Part shown: one piece after another, positions 9,344 through 17,799 of the stretch
How positions within the stretch are numbered: the stretch's first letter is position 1
Layout: the number at the start of each line of letters is the position of its first letter
DNA from: a virus
Lineage: Duplodnaviria; Caudoviricetes
IMG/VR virus record: IMGVR_UViG_3300025141_000115
Coordinates: 1-55,988 of that record
Strand: one strand, 5' to 3'
Length of the DNA: 55,988 bases
Program-made: the position numbers and the translations under genes
Notes under the pieces: model-generated
Databases searched by the model: none
Told to the model about the DNA's origin: nothing
What the model saw: the letters and a program-made list of their open reading frames with translations, nothing else

Positions 9344-9534
9344 TCTTTCTCCTGTTTATCTAAAAAATCTTTAATCTCTTGCTCTGCATATTCAAGCCCC
9401 TTTAACTCACCTACAAGTTCTTTATAGGCTTCTAAGTCTTGGGGTTGTCCGTGAAGGATAGCATCCTTAGTTAGTTCTGCACGGCTCTGAATTGATTTTA
9501 AAACGTTATAAGCAAACGTAGTAGGGTCACTCAT
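9340..9534 (-). CDS. Hypothetical protein
   Basis: Coupled ORF; YKELVGELKGL. Confidence 0.65.
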   Translation of the reverse strand: MSDPTTFAYNVLKSIQSRAELTKDAILHGQPQDLEAYKELVGELKGLEYAEQEIKDFLDKQEKE

Positions 9535-9821
9535 TAATGAACACCTTTGAAACCTCTTCCTTTAATCGCGGCGCCACCCATAAACATTTTTTTAGGCTTG
9601 CCATGCATTCCACCTTCCATGTAGCCCATCTCATCGTCCATCGTTCCGCCCATGTTGCGTTTAGCGGAAGAAATTGCTTCTCCAACAGGCATCTCATTAT
9701 CAACAACATTATAGCCAATAACATTCCCATCTTGATCCGTTACAGATATAACCTTTCCGGCTTCTGATTCGGCATAAGCATTGGCTTCTGATTCTTTTGT
9801 AAACATAACTCCTGGGGGCAT
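9534..9821 (-). CDS. Small protein with three xxGG motifs
   Basis: RNMGG, YMEGG, MFMGG; TAATG coupling. Confidence 0.65.
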   Translation of the reverse strand: MPPGVMFTKESEANAYAESEAGKVISVTDQDGNVIGYNVVDNEMPVGEAISSAKRNMGGTMDDEMGYMEGGMHGKPKKMFMGGAAIKGRGFKGVH

Positions 9822-10006
9822 TAGAACATCCTCGTGTTTTTGGCGATACCGCCATCGTTTCGTTTCATGTATCCACCCATAGCGTTTTTATTTCCAAAAA
9901 TCTTTTTTACAACACTAGGGGAAAGAATTTTCTTTATCTTGTCCAGATCAATTTGACGAGCCTCCCTAGCTGTTTTCCCTTTAAACCTTCCGGCCTTGTA
10001 AGCCAT
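9821..10006 (-). CDS. Mini-protein with constant C-terminal tag (copy 3)
   Basis: Ends YMKRNDGGIAKNTRMF; TAATG overlaps both sides. Confidence 0.7.
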   Translation of the reverse strand: MAYKAGRFKGKTAREARQIDLDKIKKILSPSVVKKIFGNKNAMGGYMKRNDGGIAKNTRMF

Positions 10007-10215
10007 TAGAATACCCTCGTGTTTTTGGCGATACCGCCATCATTGCGTTTAATATAGCTCTCAACTGAACCGCCATCTTTCCTTGGGGTTACACCTGTTT
10101 TAAAGCTATTTTTCCAAGCTCTCATCACTCTATCGAAATTTTTTGGATTTGGAGACGCTTTAAGTAAAAGACTCATGGCTTTCTGTAACCTTACCTCATC
10201 TTCTTTAGAAGACAT
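10006..10215 (-). CDS. Mini-protein with constant C-terminal tag (copy 2)
   Basis: Ends YIKRNDGGIAKNTRVF; TAATG overlaps. Confidence 0.7.
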   Translation of the reverse strand: MSSKEDEVRLQKAMSLLLKASPNPKNFDRVMRAWKNSFKTGVTPRKDGGSVESYIKRNDGGIAKNTRVF

Positions 10216-10436
10216 TAGAATACCCTCGTGTTTTTGGCGATACCGCCATCATTGCGTTTCATGTATAGTTCTTCAGATGCGACTTGACCACGGGCGCGAT
10301 CTGCATCAGAAATAGTTTTGGCGCTCTCGCCAAGTATTTCCCTTAACATTCTGGCGCGATCAACATCAGAAATAGTTTTGTCTGCGTTTAATTTATTAAT
10401 ACGCATACGATCAACATCAGAAATAGTTTTAGCCAT
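10215..10436 (-). CDS. Mini-protein with 3x KTISD[V/A]DR and constant C-terminal tag (copy 1)
   Basis: Internal triple repeat; ends YMKRNDGGIAKNTRVF. Confidence 0.7.
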   Translation of the reverse strand: MAKTISDVDRMRINKLNADKTISDVDRARMLREILGESAKTISDADRARGQVASEELYMKRNDGGIAKNTRVF

Positions 10437-10672
10437 TAGAAGGTTCCTTTTCCATCGTTATCGTTGAAATAACGACCACGAATTTGAAACTCAGTTCCCT
10501 GTATTAACTGCTCAGTTCCACGATCAAGTTTTTTACGACCCCACTCGATGTGCTCTTCTTCAGCAGAGCCACCTTTAGCATAACCATTCATTTTTTTAGC
10601 TTTATCCATAAGACTACTCGCCTTTCCTTTAGAAATACCCATTTGCCTAGACATTTGATTTATACCAGCCAT
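10436..10672 (-). CDS. Small basic protein with YAKGG motif
   Basis: SD aggaga; ends NDNDGKGTF; coupled to the array. Confidence 0.65.
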   Translation of the reverse strand: MAGINQMSRQMGISKGKASSLMDKAKKMNGYAKGGSAEEEHIEWGRKKLDRGTEQLIQGTEFQIRGRYFNDNDGKGTF

Positions 10673-10681
10673 GCTATTCTC

Positions 10682-10780
10682 CTAATGATTACATACCGGG
10701 CAAGAACACTCAGGACAATTACTACCATCACAATGGCACTCATGTCCACAGTCAATGCACTTGCTATCATCATTTACCAT
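10682..10780 (-). CDS. Metallothionein-like Cys/His-rich peptide (32 aa; not in ORF track)
   Basis: MVNDDSKCIDCGHECHCDGSNCPECSCPVCNH: 8 Cys, 3 His. Confidence 0.6.
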   Translation of the reverse strand: MVNDDSKCIDCGHECHCDGSNCPECSCPVCNH

Positions 10781-10794
10781 TACCTGATCCCATT

Positions 10795-10810
10795 CGTTTC
10801 ACGTGAAACA
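10795..10810. promoter_or_regulatory. parS-like palindrome
   Basis: cgtttcacgtgaaaca, 15/16 match to consensus TGTTTCACGTGAAACA, intergenic. Confidence 0.7.
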
Positions 10811-10894
10811 GTCAAAAAACATTTTCCAAACCATCATTTTTTTTCTCACAGTATTAAAAGTAAAATAGCAAAAATAATCTCTCCACCAAACATC

Positions 10895-13306
10895 TTAGTT
10901 ACCCCTTCCCGGCGGTTGGCTTCCATACTCTTTACCCATAGTATTAATACGTTCAAGGTTTACATCGGCTCTTAGAAGCGCAATATCTTCTTGGGAATCC
11001 ATCTTGTCTCGATCAATCTCCTGTCTCTCTGCTTCCCTCTTATTTTCAAACTCCTGCTTAACAGCAAACTCTTGGGCTTTTCGCTCAATGTCCATGGACT
11101 TTATGTCAAGCTCCTTGGATCTCAACTGAACAAGAGGATCCACCTCTCCTTCAGGCGGTGGCATAAGAGCAGCCATAACTTCTTCGGTGTATTGGGCTAT
11201 AAGCTGTGCGACCTTGGACTCTATGTCCACTTGAGGCTCCGGTTGACCCATTTGTGCAGCGTTCTGTGCATTAACAGTTGCTTCGGCCATCGCTACTCCC
11301 CTTGCTTTAAGTGCAATATGCTCACAAAGATGCGCTTGTAGTAAACCAAAGACGGGTGGGGTTGTTGAAGGTATAGGCGTCATCATAAAAGCTATATGCG
11401 ACTGTATATGGGCGTCATGATCCTGCGTTGGGAAAGCTTGTAGCATTTCCTGTATGATTGATCTCGCATTTTCGATAGCAGGGTCCATAGGTTGAGGCAC
11501 TGGGGGCGTAGGTAATATAGCTTCTATGTTCTGAACTCCTATTGCCTCGTAAATACGCTTATACGCCTCATACAAATTGTGCATCTGTGGATTTGTCTGG
11601 GCAAGCTCCAATTGAGTCTGTGCCATCGCCAATCGCTGTGACATCGAAAAGATATTAGGATCAGAAACAGGTATAACGTCAATGCGGTCATCGAAATCTG
11701 CCTGTTTTATAGTGGCATCCGCACCATGGATATTGTAGGGGTACATAGGTGGTAAAGATTCAGCAAAAATCTTAGCCAACATCCTAAATTCCTGTTTTTG
11801 AGCGTAATGCATACGCTTATGGATGGCGGACATGACCTTAGAACCACGCTCCAAGAGCGCAACAGTCGTTCCAACCGCCGCTTGCTGGTTTCCATCACCT
11901 ACCTGAAGGTCGGCAATGGCCGCGAAACGTCTTCCGGCGTCCACTACGAAGCCTAATAGCTGTGTTAGTGTCGGGCTTGGTTCCTTGTACGGTAACGGGA
12001 GTATACTGTCTCGAAGAGCACCACCGGGTACATCAATATCGCGAAACTCACCAGGAGAAAGAGGCTCGTCAGCATCACGAATCCGTATACCACGAGCTTT
12101 AAAGCCAGCAGGAAGATTAGCCAAAGTACCTGCATCAATTAATTGCCTCAAAATAGATGTTGCGGAGCGTCCTAGCCCCCCAATCATGTGTAAAAGTCCA
12201 AATCCATAAAAACCTAGCCCCGGCAGGAATTTATAGTGCGTAAAATACTGTATTTTTTTGTAATATTCGTCATTTTCTTCCCAATTCCTACGAATTGAGA
12301 GTACTTTTGAGCTTCCTTCGTCAATTGTGACAATATAAGGAAGCTTTATACCAGTTGTTTCGTTATCAAGGGGGCTTCTGTGCTCAAATCCCTTTAAATC
12401 CAGGTCAACATGCATCTCCAGAAGCGTACAATCGTCCCCTTCTGCCGTTTTTGAGATGCCCATAAGCTCTCTTTCCTTCCCACGAAGCTCATCATCGCTC
12501 TCATAAGCCCTCAATTCGACATCTCTATAGAAACCTGCAGCCTGAAACTTGCGTACAGAGTTCTCCGACATACGTGTAACATGCGTAATACGTGATGCAG
12601 ACTGCAAATCCGTTGCGTTATAAGGTACGACTAGGTCATCTGCTGCCACAAAACGGGAAACGGCACGGTCTAATATGTCATCGAAGTAGGTTTTCTTGAA
12701 AGCACTACCTGCAAGGGGGAGATAGAACAGTAAACGATCCATTTCTGGGTCGTATTCTTCCATAACATTCATTATTTGATAATTCATAAAGTCAGAAACA
12801 CGCTGGGACTGCGCTTCAACCTCAGAGGTTAACGCTCCAAGGATCAATGTCCTTACAGGACCGGAACTTGGAAGCAATTCCTTGTAAGCTTGCGCCTGAA
12901 ACTGTGTAACCGCTTCTGCAATAACCGGATGTGTAACACCACTGGCCCCTCTGAAAGGTTCTTCCCTGTCCTCGTACTTAACTCCTAGAAGATCCAGGCC
13001 ATTACGATAAGATTCTTCCCAATCATCACGGCTCGTCTTGTCATCTTCATAATATCCTGTGAGTTCTGATGAAATATCCATCAGGTCGCGTTCATCCAGA
13101 ATCTCTGCAAGGTTGGCATCCTGCTCTGCTAATAATTCCTCTTGAACAGCGTCCTCAAAATTCAAAACTACGGAGCCATCTTCTTCCTCGATGACCTCTG
13201 TAGGTTCCTCAATAACTTCAATCTCTTCCTCTTCCTCCACGAAATCATCCGTGAAGCCCTGTGCGGGCATCGCATTATCTATAAGAGATATGGGTGTGTC
13301 GGCCAT
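10895..13306 (-). CDS. Portal protein (P22-like)
   Basis: 803 aa; FYLPLAGSAFKK, LRQLIDAGTLANLPAGFK, VGTTVALLE; downstream of terL. Confidence 0.9.
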   Translation of the reverse strand: MADTPISLIDNAMPAQGFTDDFVEEEEEIEVIEEPTEVIEEEDGSVVLNFEDAVQEELLAEQDANLAEILDERDLMDISSELTGYYEDDKTSRDDWEESYRNGLDLLGVKYEDREEPFRGASGVTHPVIAEAVTQFQAQAYKELLPSSGPVRTLILGALTSEVEAQSQRVSDFMNYQIMNVMEEYDPEMDRLLFYLPLAGSAFKKTYFDDILDRAVSRFVAADDLVVPYNATDLQSASRITHVTRMSENSVRKFQAAGFYRDVELRAYESDDELRGKERELMGISKTAEGDDCTLLEMHVDLDLKGFEHRSPLDNETTGIKLPYIVTIDEGSSKVLSIRRNWEENDEYYKKIQYFTHYKFLPGLGFYGFGLLHMIGGLGRSATSILRQLIDAGTLANLPAGFKARGIRIRDADEPLSPGEFRDIDVPGGALRDSILPLPYKEPSPTLTQLLGFVVDAGRRFAAIADLQVGDGNQQAAVGTTVALLERGSKVMSAIHKRMHYAQKQEFRMLAKIFAESLPPMYPYNIHGADATIKQADFDDRIDVIPVSDPNIFSMSQRLAMAQTQLELAQTNPQMHNLYEAYKRIYEAIGVQNIEAILPTPPVPQPMDPAIENARSIIQEMLQAFPTQDHDAHIQSHIAFMMTPIPSTTPPVFGLLQAHLCEHIALKARGVAMAEATVNAQNAAQMGQPEPQVDIESKVAQLIAQYTEEVMAALMPPPEGEVDPLVQLRSKELDIKSMDIERKAQEFAVKQEFENKREAERQEIDRDKMDSQEDIALLRADVNLERINTMGKEYGSQPPGRGN

Positions 13307-13713
13307 TATTTAGATACCCCTTTAAATTTTTCAAAACTGCGGAGTCCGCCCAAGCCAAGCATCCCCAAAAGAACTGGCATCATAACAGATAAATCCATTG
13401 CAGGTAACTGTACCAGATAACCTGCTTGCGCCAGTATAAAAACCAGTATCGGCTGCAGAACATAAGTATAAGCTAAAGCAACACCGCATGTCCACCCCAC
13501 AAAGGGGCGCCATCCGGCCACAAACATAGAACGGTGCTGTCCTTCCGCTTTATTTATGTCTAGCTGCGCTAAATCGATCTGGGCTAAGTGCTTTGTAAGC
13601 TCCGCTTCTATTTCTCTTTTTGCCTTGGCGGCCGCTTCTTTATCCTCTGGAAGAAAACGACCTACAACATCCCCTATAACGGGAAGAAGTTTTGGTATCA
13701 AGGCAGCAATCAT
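13306..13713 (-). CDS. Holin, GTA 3TM family
   Basis: FVAGWRPFVGWTCG...LGMLGLGGLRSFEK. Confidence 0.85.
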   Translation of the reverse strand: MIAALIPKLLPVIGDVVGRFLPEDKEAAAKAKREIEAELTKHLAQIDLAQLDINKAEGQHRSMFVAGWRPFVGWTCGVALAYTYVLQPILVFILAQAGYLVQLPAMDLSVMMPVLLGMLGLGGLRSFEKFKGVSK

Positions 13714-14021
13714 TTTTTATTACTCATGTAAGCGGTCATTCCCATATAAGCGCCAACCACGCCCGCCTGACCAATGTAGAATAATCCGAATAAGTCAGAT
13801 AAAGCCTTTATACGTGTGTCTGAGAAAAAAGGCAAGAAAACAGCGCACGTAAAAAACAGCATGGACCACATAGCAACCCAAGCCATCTTTCTTTGAGCAT
13901 CCGCTTTTTCATGTTTTTGAAAAGCATCTGATATTAAAAGTTCCTCGTCTGTGACAACTCCGTCACCATCGAGGTCAAACTCATTATGCACGCTGTCTCT
14001 CTGAAGTTTTTTCTGAACCAT
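13710..14021 (-). CDS. Membrane protein with EF-hand-like loop
   Basis: DLDGDGVVTDEE then two hydrophobic helices. Confidence 0.7.
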   Translation of the reverse strand: MVQKKLQRDSVHNEFDLDGDGVVTDEELLISDAFQKHEKADAQRKMAWVAMWSMLFFTCAVFLPFFSDTRIKALSDLFGLFYIGQAGVVGAYMGMTAYMSNKK

Positions 14022-14033
14022 AATCTGGAACAG

Positions 14034-14198
14034 TTAGCTTGGGCCTTTTTCTTTTAGAAAGAAGCCTCCTGCCGACACTACTATTCCTACAATAGAGATA
14101 GTAGTAATATCAAGTAATACGCCAGCGCCTATCAGTATAACGCCAACAGCTACACATGTTGACGGCTCAATAGCACGGTCTTTAATCCATCCTAGCAT
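14034..14198 (-). CDS. Small 2-TM membrane protein (54 aa; not in ORF track)
   Basis: MLGWIKDRAIEPSTCVAVGVILIGAGVLLDITTISIVGIVVSAGGFFLKEKGPS; SD aggaga. Confidence 0.65.
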   Translation of the reverse strand: MLGWIKDRAIEPSTCVAVGVILIGAGVLLDITTISIVGIVVSAGGFFLKEKGPS

Positions 14199-14207
14199 TA
14201 ACATCTC

Positions 14208-15668
14208 CTAATAATATTGACGTAAATATGGAACTTCGGTAATTTCGTCATCTTCTTCGTCTGAGTCAAGTCTTACAAAGCCCCCTTTACGGTATCTAAT
14301 AAGTGCCATCGACATACTGTCGCAGTAATCGTCATTATCCCCATAGGGAAACGCCGCACATTCATCAATTACCTCCTCCGCAAAACGGCGGGTGGGCGCC
14401 CAAACCTTGCCGGACTCGAAAATAGGTGCGACCATATGCATCCTTGTATGTTTATCACGGCCCTTGGACGGGGTATAGTTTACCACGGGAATACCCGTTG
14501 CCCGTAATTCGTCCGTGAGCGGTGTACCTGTAGCCTTCGCCTCGATAATCACCATGTCCGGCTCCCAGTAGTTGTACTCCTGAAGTGCTTTCGCCTTTAA
14601 TTCGGGAAAGTCCCACCGTCCACGCTGGGCATCCATCAGTATGATACTCTCCGGATCCGCCTCGTTTGGCTTAAACACTCCCCAAGTAGTAATGGCGGAG
14701 TAATCCGCCGTCTCCTTCTTCGAGAACGCCGTATCATAACTTTGCATAATATAACTTACCGGAGGAATCTCTTTCTTCTCCCACTTGTTCCACCACTCCT
14801 TCTTTATAATGGCCCCCTCTTCCGCCGTAGGATTCTGCTGCCACTGAGCATTCCACTTGCCCAAAGACAACGAAGCCTTGACCTTGAGCAATTCCTCTTT
14901 CTTCCAGAACTCCGGCCACAATATGTTATCGCTAGGAAGAATGGCAGGAAACTCTACGATGTCCCACTGATCCGCCAGTACATCAGACCCCTGCGCCTTG
15001 AGAAGTTTTCCAGTAAGATCTTTAAGTGACCACCGTGTCATTACAACAACTATAGACCCCCCAGGCTGGAGCCTCTGCCGTGGACCAGAAGTGTACCACT
15101 CGTAAGCACTTTCCATGGCCGTCTCAGAAAGTGCGTCCTGCTCAGAATGCGGATCATCAATAATCAGCAAATCCGCACCACGTCCTGTAATCGCACCGCC
15201 AACACCTGCCGCATAGTATTCCCCACCTTGGCCCGTTTCCCATCGACCCGCTGCCTTGGAATCAATCCGTAAATCCACATCAGGAAAAATATCCTTATAA
15301 ATTTGTAGCTCCATAAGGTTCCGCACCTTTCTTCCGAAACGCACCGCCAATTCCGCCGTATGGGTTGTCTGGATAATTTTAAGCGCAGGATTTTTACCTA
15401 TAAGCCAAGCCGGAAGTAAATAAGACGCAAATTCCGATTTTGTATGACGGGGGGGCATATTGACAATGATCCGTGAACCAGGGTTTTCGGACAACTTTTC
15501 AAACAAAACTGCAATTTTTTTATGATGGGTCCCCTCTATGAATCCTTCGTAAACATACTTTACAAAGACCATAAAATCTTTCTGGGCTTTTTCTCGAATA
15601 ATCAGCTTCTGCTGCTGTTCTTCTAAAGCAAGAACTTCTCGCATTACATCTTCTGAAGCATTAAGCAT
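14208..15668 (-). CDS. terL: Terminase large subunit
   Basis: NMPPRHTKS (Walker A), LLIIDDP (Walker B), SYDTA..ADYSA and DDYCDS nuclease motifs. Confidence 0.95.
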   Translation of the reverse strand: MLNASEDVMREVLALEEQQQKLIIREKAQKDFMVFVKYVYEGFIEGTHHKKIAVLFEKLSENPGSRIIVNMPPRHTKSEFASYLLPAWLIGKNPALKIIQTTHTAELAVRFGRKVRNLMELQIYKDIFPDVDLRIDSKAAGRWETGQGGEYYAAGVGGAITGRGADLLIIDDPHSEQDALSETAMESAYEWYTSGPRQRLQPGGSIVVVMTRWSLKDLTGKLLKAQGSDVLADQWDIVEFPAILPSDNILWPEFWKKEELLKVKASLSLGKWNAQWQQNPTAEEGAIIKKEWWNKWEKKEIPPVSYIMQSYDTAFSKKETADYSAITTWGVFKPNEADPESIILMDAQRGRWDFPELKAKALQEYNYWEPDMVIIEAKATGTPLTDELRATGIPVVNYTPSKGRDKHTRMHMVAPIFESGKVWAPTRRFAEEVIDECAAFPYGDNDDYCDSMSMALIRYRKGGFVRLDSDEEDDEITEVPYLRQYY

Positions 15669-15677
15669 TAAACAATC

Positions 15678-15896
15678 TCAATGGTTATTGGTCCACGGTC
15701 CAATGTTCTTTGTGTTAATAGTAACACAAACACTGTTCACAGACACAACAGGCATGGGACCCGCAACAAAGTCCTTTATCATCTGAGCCGTGCGGACCCA
15801 ACAATCCGGAAGTTCCTCATAGGGACCCTTCTCATCATCAAGCTGGATAGGAGATGGGAACCCAAGAACAGTTATTATTACAATAGCCTTAAACAT
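15678..15896 (-). CDS. Hypothetical protein
   Basis: Hydrophobic N-terminus, GPY..C..R; precedes terL. Confidence 0.55.
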   Translation of the reverse strand: MFKAIVIITVLGFPSPIQLDDEKGPYEELPDCWVRTAQMIKDFVAGPMPVVSVNSVCVTINTKNIGPWTNNH

Positions 15897-16027
15897 GAGG
15901 TTACATTACACCGGATCATGGTCCAATGACAAGTAGTTCAAATTATTTGTGTCAAACACTATCTTCCGTTGCACGTCAGATAGTGGGGCGCCCGATTTTG
16001 GCTGCCGGAAATTGTCGCGTCCGATTT

Positions 16028-16062
16028 GAAAAATCGGTGCTAGGTTTAAGTACCTAGCACCG
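16028..16062 (-). terminator. Rho-independent terminator
   Basis: cggtgctagg/cctagcaccg 10-bp stem followed by T-tract on minus strand. Confidence 0.7.
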
Positions 16063-16073
16063 TTGTTGATTAG

Positions 16074-16403
16074 TTATTCTTCATAATAAAGATTTAAGTA
16101 TAATGGATACCCGCTCATTTCTTGTCGAACACCATGCATTCTTTTTTTATCGCCATTAATAATGGCGTCGGCCATATCCATTCCCATTTGAAAAATCCAT
16201 GCGTGTTGTTCATCCATGCGAGAAGTGGCATTGTTATACATAAAGCTCCAATGTTCTACTCTCTCTTGCAGACGTTTTACTTTTTCCGCTTCATGTTTTA
16301 GACGTTCCACCGCCCATTTTTCCCTTTTTATTTCAAAATTTTGACGGTGCTTTTCGCGCCTTGCTAAAGCTTGTTTCATGTTTTCTTCTAATTGTTTTGT
16401 CAT
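16074..16403 (-). CDS. Hypothetical early protein
   Basis: SD gaaaggaaa; coiled coil. Confidence 0.6.
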   Translation of the reverse strand: MTKQLEENMKQALARREKHRQNFEIKREKWAVERLKHEAEKVKRLQERVEHWSFMYNNATSRMDEQHAWIFQMGMDMADAIINGDKKRMHGVRQEMSGYPLYLNLYYEE

Positions 16404-16406
16404 GTG

Positions 16407-16751
16407 CTTTTCCTTTCAAAAAAAAACGGGAGGGAATATTCCCTCCCATGGTTTTATTTTATTACTTTGCGGAATGTGATCATGCCATATGAATTAGCAT
16501 AATCCATTGTATAGCCTAATAGTGTAAGGCGTTTCATTTCCTCTAAATAGTTCGGATCGGATGCGTCGACCATGACAAGGCTAGGCATCTCTTGATATTC
16601 TTGGGTAACAACCTCAATCAATGGATCATCACCAGCAAGCACGCCATGCGTATTTTGGTGATCGGTGGTTGCTTTGATATTGTCAGTTAATATTGTCATT
16701 ACTTTTCCTTTCAAAAAAAAGCGGGAGGGAATATTCCCTCCCATGGTTTTA
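16407..16751 (-). repeat. Duplicated 50-bp hairpin+SD linker (16407-16456, 16702-16751)
   Basis: cttttcctttcaaaaaaaa[a/g]cgggagggaatattccctcccatggtttta, 49/50 identical. Confidence 0.95.
16454..16699 (-). CDS. Hypothetical early protein (start reassigned to MTILTD)
   Basis: SD within duplicated linker. Confidence 0.6.
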   Translation of the reverse strand: MTILTDNIKATTDHQNTHGVLAGDDPLIEVVTQEYQEMPSLVMVDASDPNYLEEMKRLTLLGYTMDYANSYGMITFRKVIK

Positions 16752-17081
16752 CTTTTTTGTTTTAGTAAATGTCACGCTATGGCGTGAAGGTTTTGTTTTT
16801 TTGGAAAGTTTAATTAACCTCTCAGCGTGTTCTTTATCGCAAACAACATTAAAAATTGTACTAATGTTTTCAGCCAATAAATCATAATCTAGATTAGTAG
16901 ATTTACCAGCTTGAATTGTTGCTTTGAAAGCATCGCCAAAGATTTCGCCGATACCATGATCATTACGCAAAACGTCTAAATGATCATTGCAAGCTTTCCA
17001 AATTGCTTTGGATTGACCAGCAAAATCTACAAAGTCTTTTTGCTTGGTTATTGTTTTTTTCTCAAAAGTAAATGTTTTCAT
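16749..17081 (-). CDS. Hypothetical early protein (start reassigned to MKTFTF)
   Basis: SD aagagg; downstream of promoter 17137-17165. Confidence 0.6.
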   Translation of the reverse strand: MKTFTFEKKTITKQKDFVDFAGQSKAIWKACNDHLDVLRNDHGIGEIFGDAFKATIQAGKSTNLDYDLLAENISTIFNVVCDKEHAERLIKLSKKTKPSRHSVTFTKTKK

Positions 17082-17136
17082 TTTTAACCTCTTAATTTTG
17101 TTTACGCTATAGCGTTTGTCGCTATAACTACACATA

Positions 17137-17165
17137 GTTATACACCCATCTTATCCCATGGTCAA
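17137..17165 (-). promoter_or_regulatory. Sigma70-like promoter
   Basis: TTGACC-17bp-TATAAC. Confidence 0.7.
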
Positions 17166-17330
17166 TAGACTAATGCAAAATAATTGCATTTTTTTTGAAT
17201 TATTTTTAGCTGTAAATGTTGCTATTTCGTTCTACCGGCTCCTTTTTCTATTTTAGTGAAATAGCAATTAAGATCTATTCTTATTTTCTATTTTAGTGAA
17301 ATAGCAAGAACCAGGGGCAGGTCCTTATCT

Positions 17331-17405
17331 ACTATATACGTATACGTATATAGTTGGCACGCCAACCGTTGACGATTTGAAGCCCGACCCGACCCGACCC
17401 GACCA
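17331..17405. repeat. CCCGA element A (24-bp palindrome + (CCCGA)4)
   Basis: actatatacgtatacgtatatagt at 17331-17354; cccgacccgacccgacccga from 17383. Confidence 0.9.
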
Positions 17406-17414
17406 GCCGGACAC

Positions 17415-17441
17415 AAAAAAAGGGCGCCCCGAAGGACGCCC
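17415..17441 (-). terminator. UUCG-tetraloop terminator
   Basis: Minus strand GGGCGTCC-TTCG-GGGCGCCC-TTTTTTT; identical copy at 17989-18015. Confidence 0.85.
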
Positions 17442-17460
17442 CAATAACCGATAACCCGAT

Positions 17461-17763
17461 TTATTCTACTTGGTTAAGTGTTCCAGTAAAACCACGGTCG
17501 CGTTCCACTTTCAATCCGAATGTACCCGTGAGTTGTTCTAACTCAGATAACCTAAACGTGCCTAGTTCTTTCTCAAGACCATGCACCATTCCATAGAGTA
17601 GGAAGTCACCGTTTTCCTCCTTACGGCCTTCGGTCACATACCATGTCCAGTTAGACCATGGAGTAAACATTTTAAATGCGATTGGAATATCTTCCGAAGG
17701 TGTTTCGGAAAAAGTGCCTAAAGGTGGCAAGCTCTTCTCAATTTCTTTTGTCATTAATTGCAT
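17461..17763 (-). CDS. DUF2958-like protein
   Basis: KMFTPWSNWTWYVTE...GLEKELGTFRLSEL...VERDRGF. Confidence 0.75.
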   Translation of the reverse strand: MQLMTKEIEKSLPPLGTFSETPSEDIPIAFKMFTPWSNWTWYVTEGRKEENGDFLLYGMVHGLEKELGTFRLSELEQLTGTFGLKVERDRGFTGTLNQVE

Positions 17764-17799
17764 AATATAACCTTTCATATATGAGTTGTTGACATTGAC

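Larger units (their letters stand above)
9819..10266 (-). repeat. Three ~54-bp direct repeats (9819-9872, 10004-10057, 10213-10266)
   Basis: cattagaa[c/t]a[t/c]cctcgtgtttttggcgataccgccatc[g/a]tt[t/g]cgttt[c/a]at. Confidence 0.95.

Noticed and set aside
9819-10266. CRISPR array
   Set aside because: Repeats are 54 bp with 130-155 bp spacers, in frame and protein-coding; no cas genes
17331-17354. Protelomerase (telRL) site
   Set aside because: Palindrome is short and no protelomerase/tyrosine recombinase is encoded in the window
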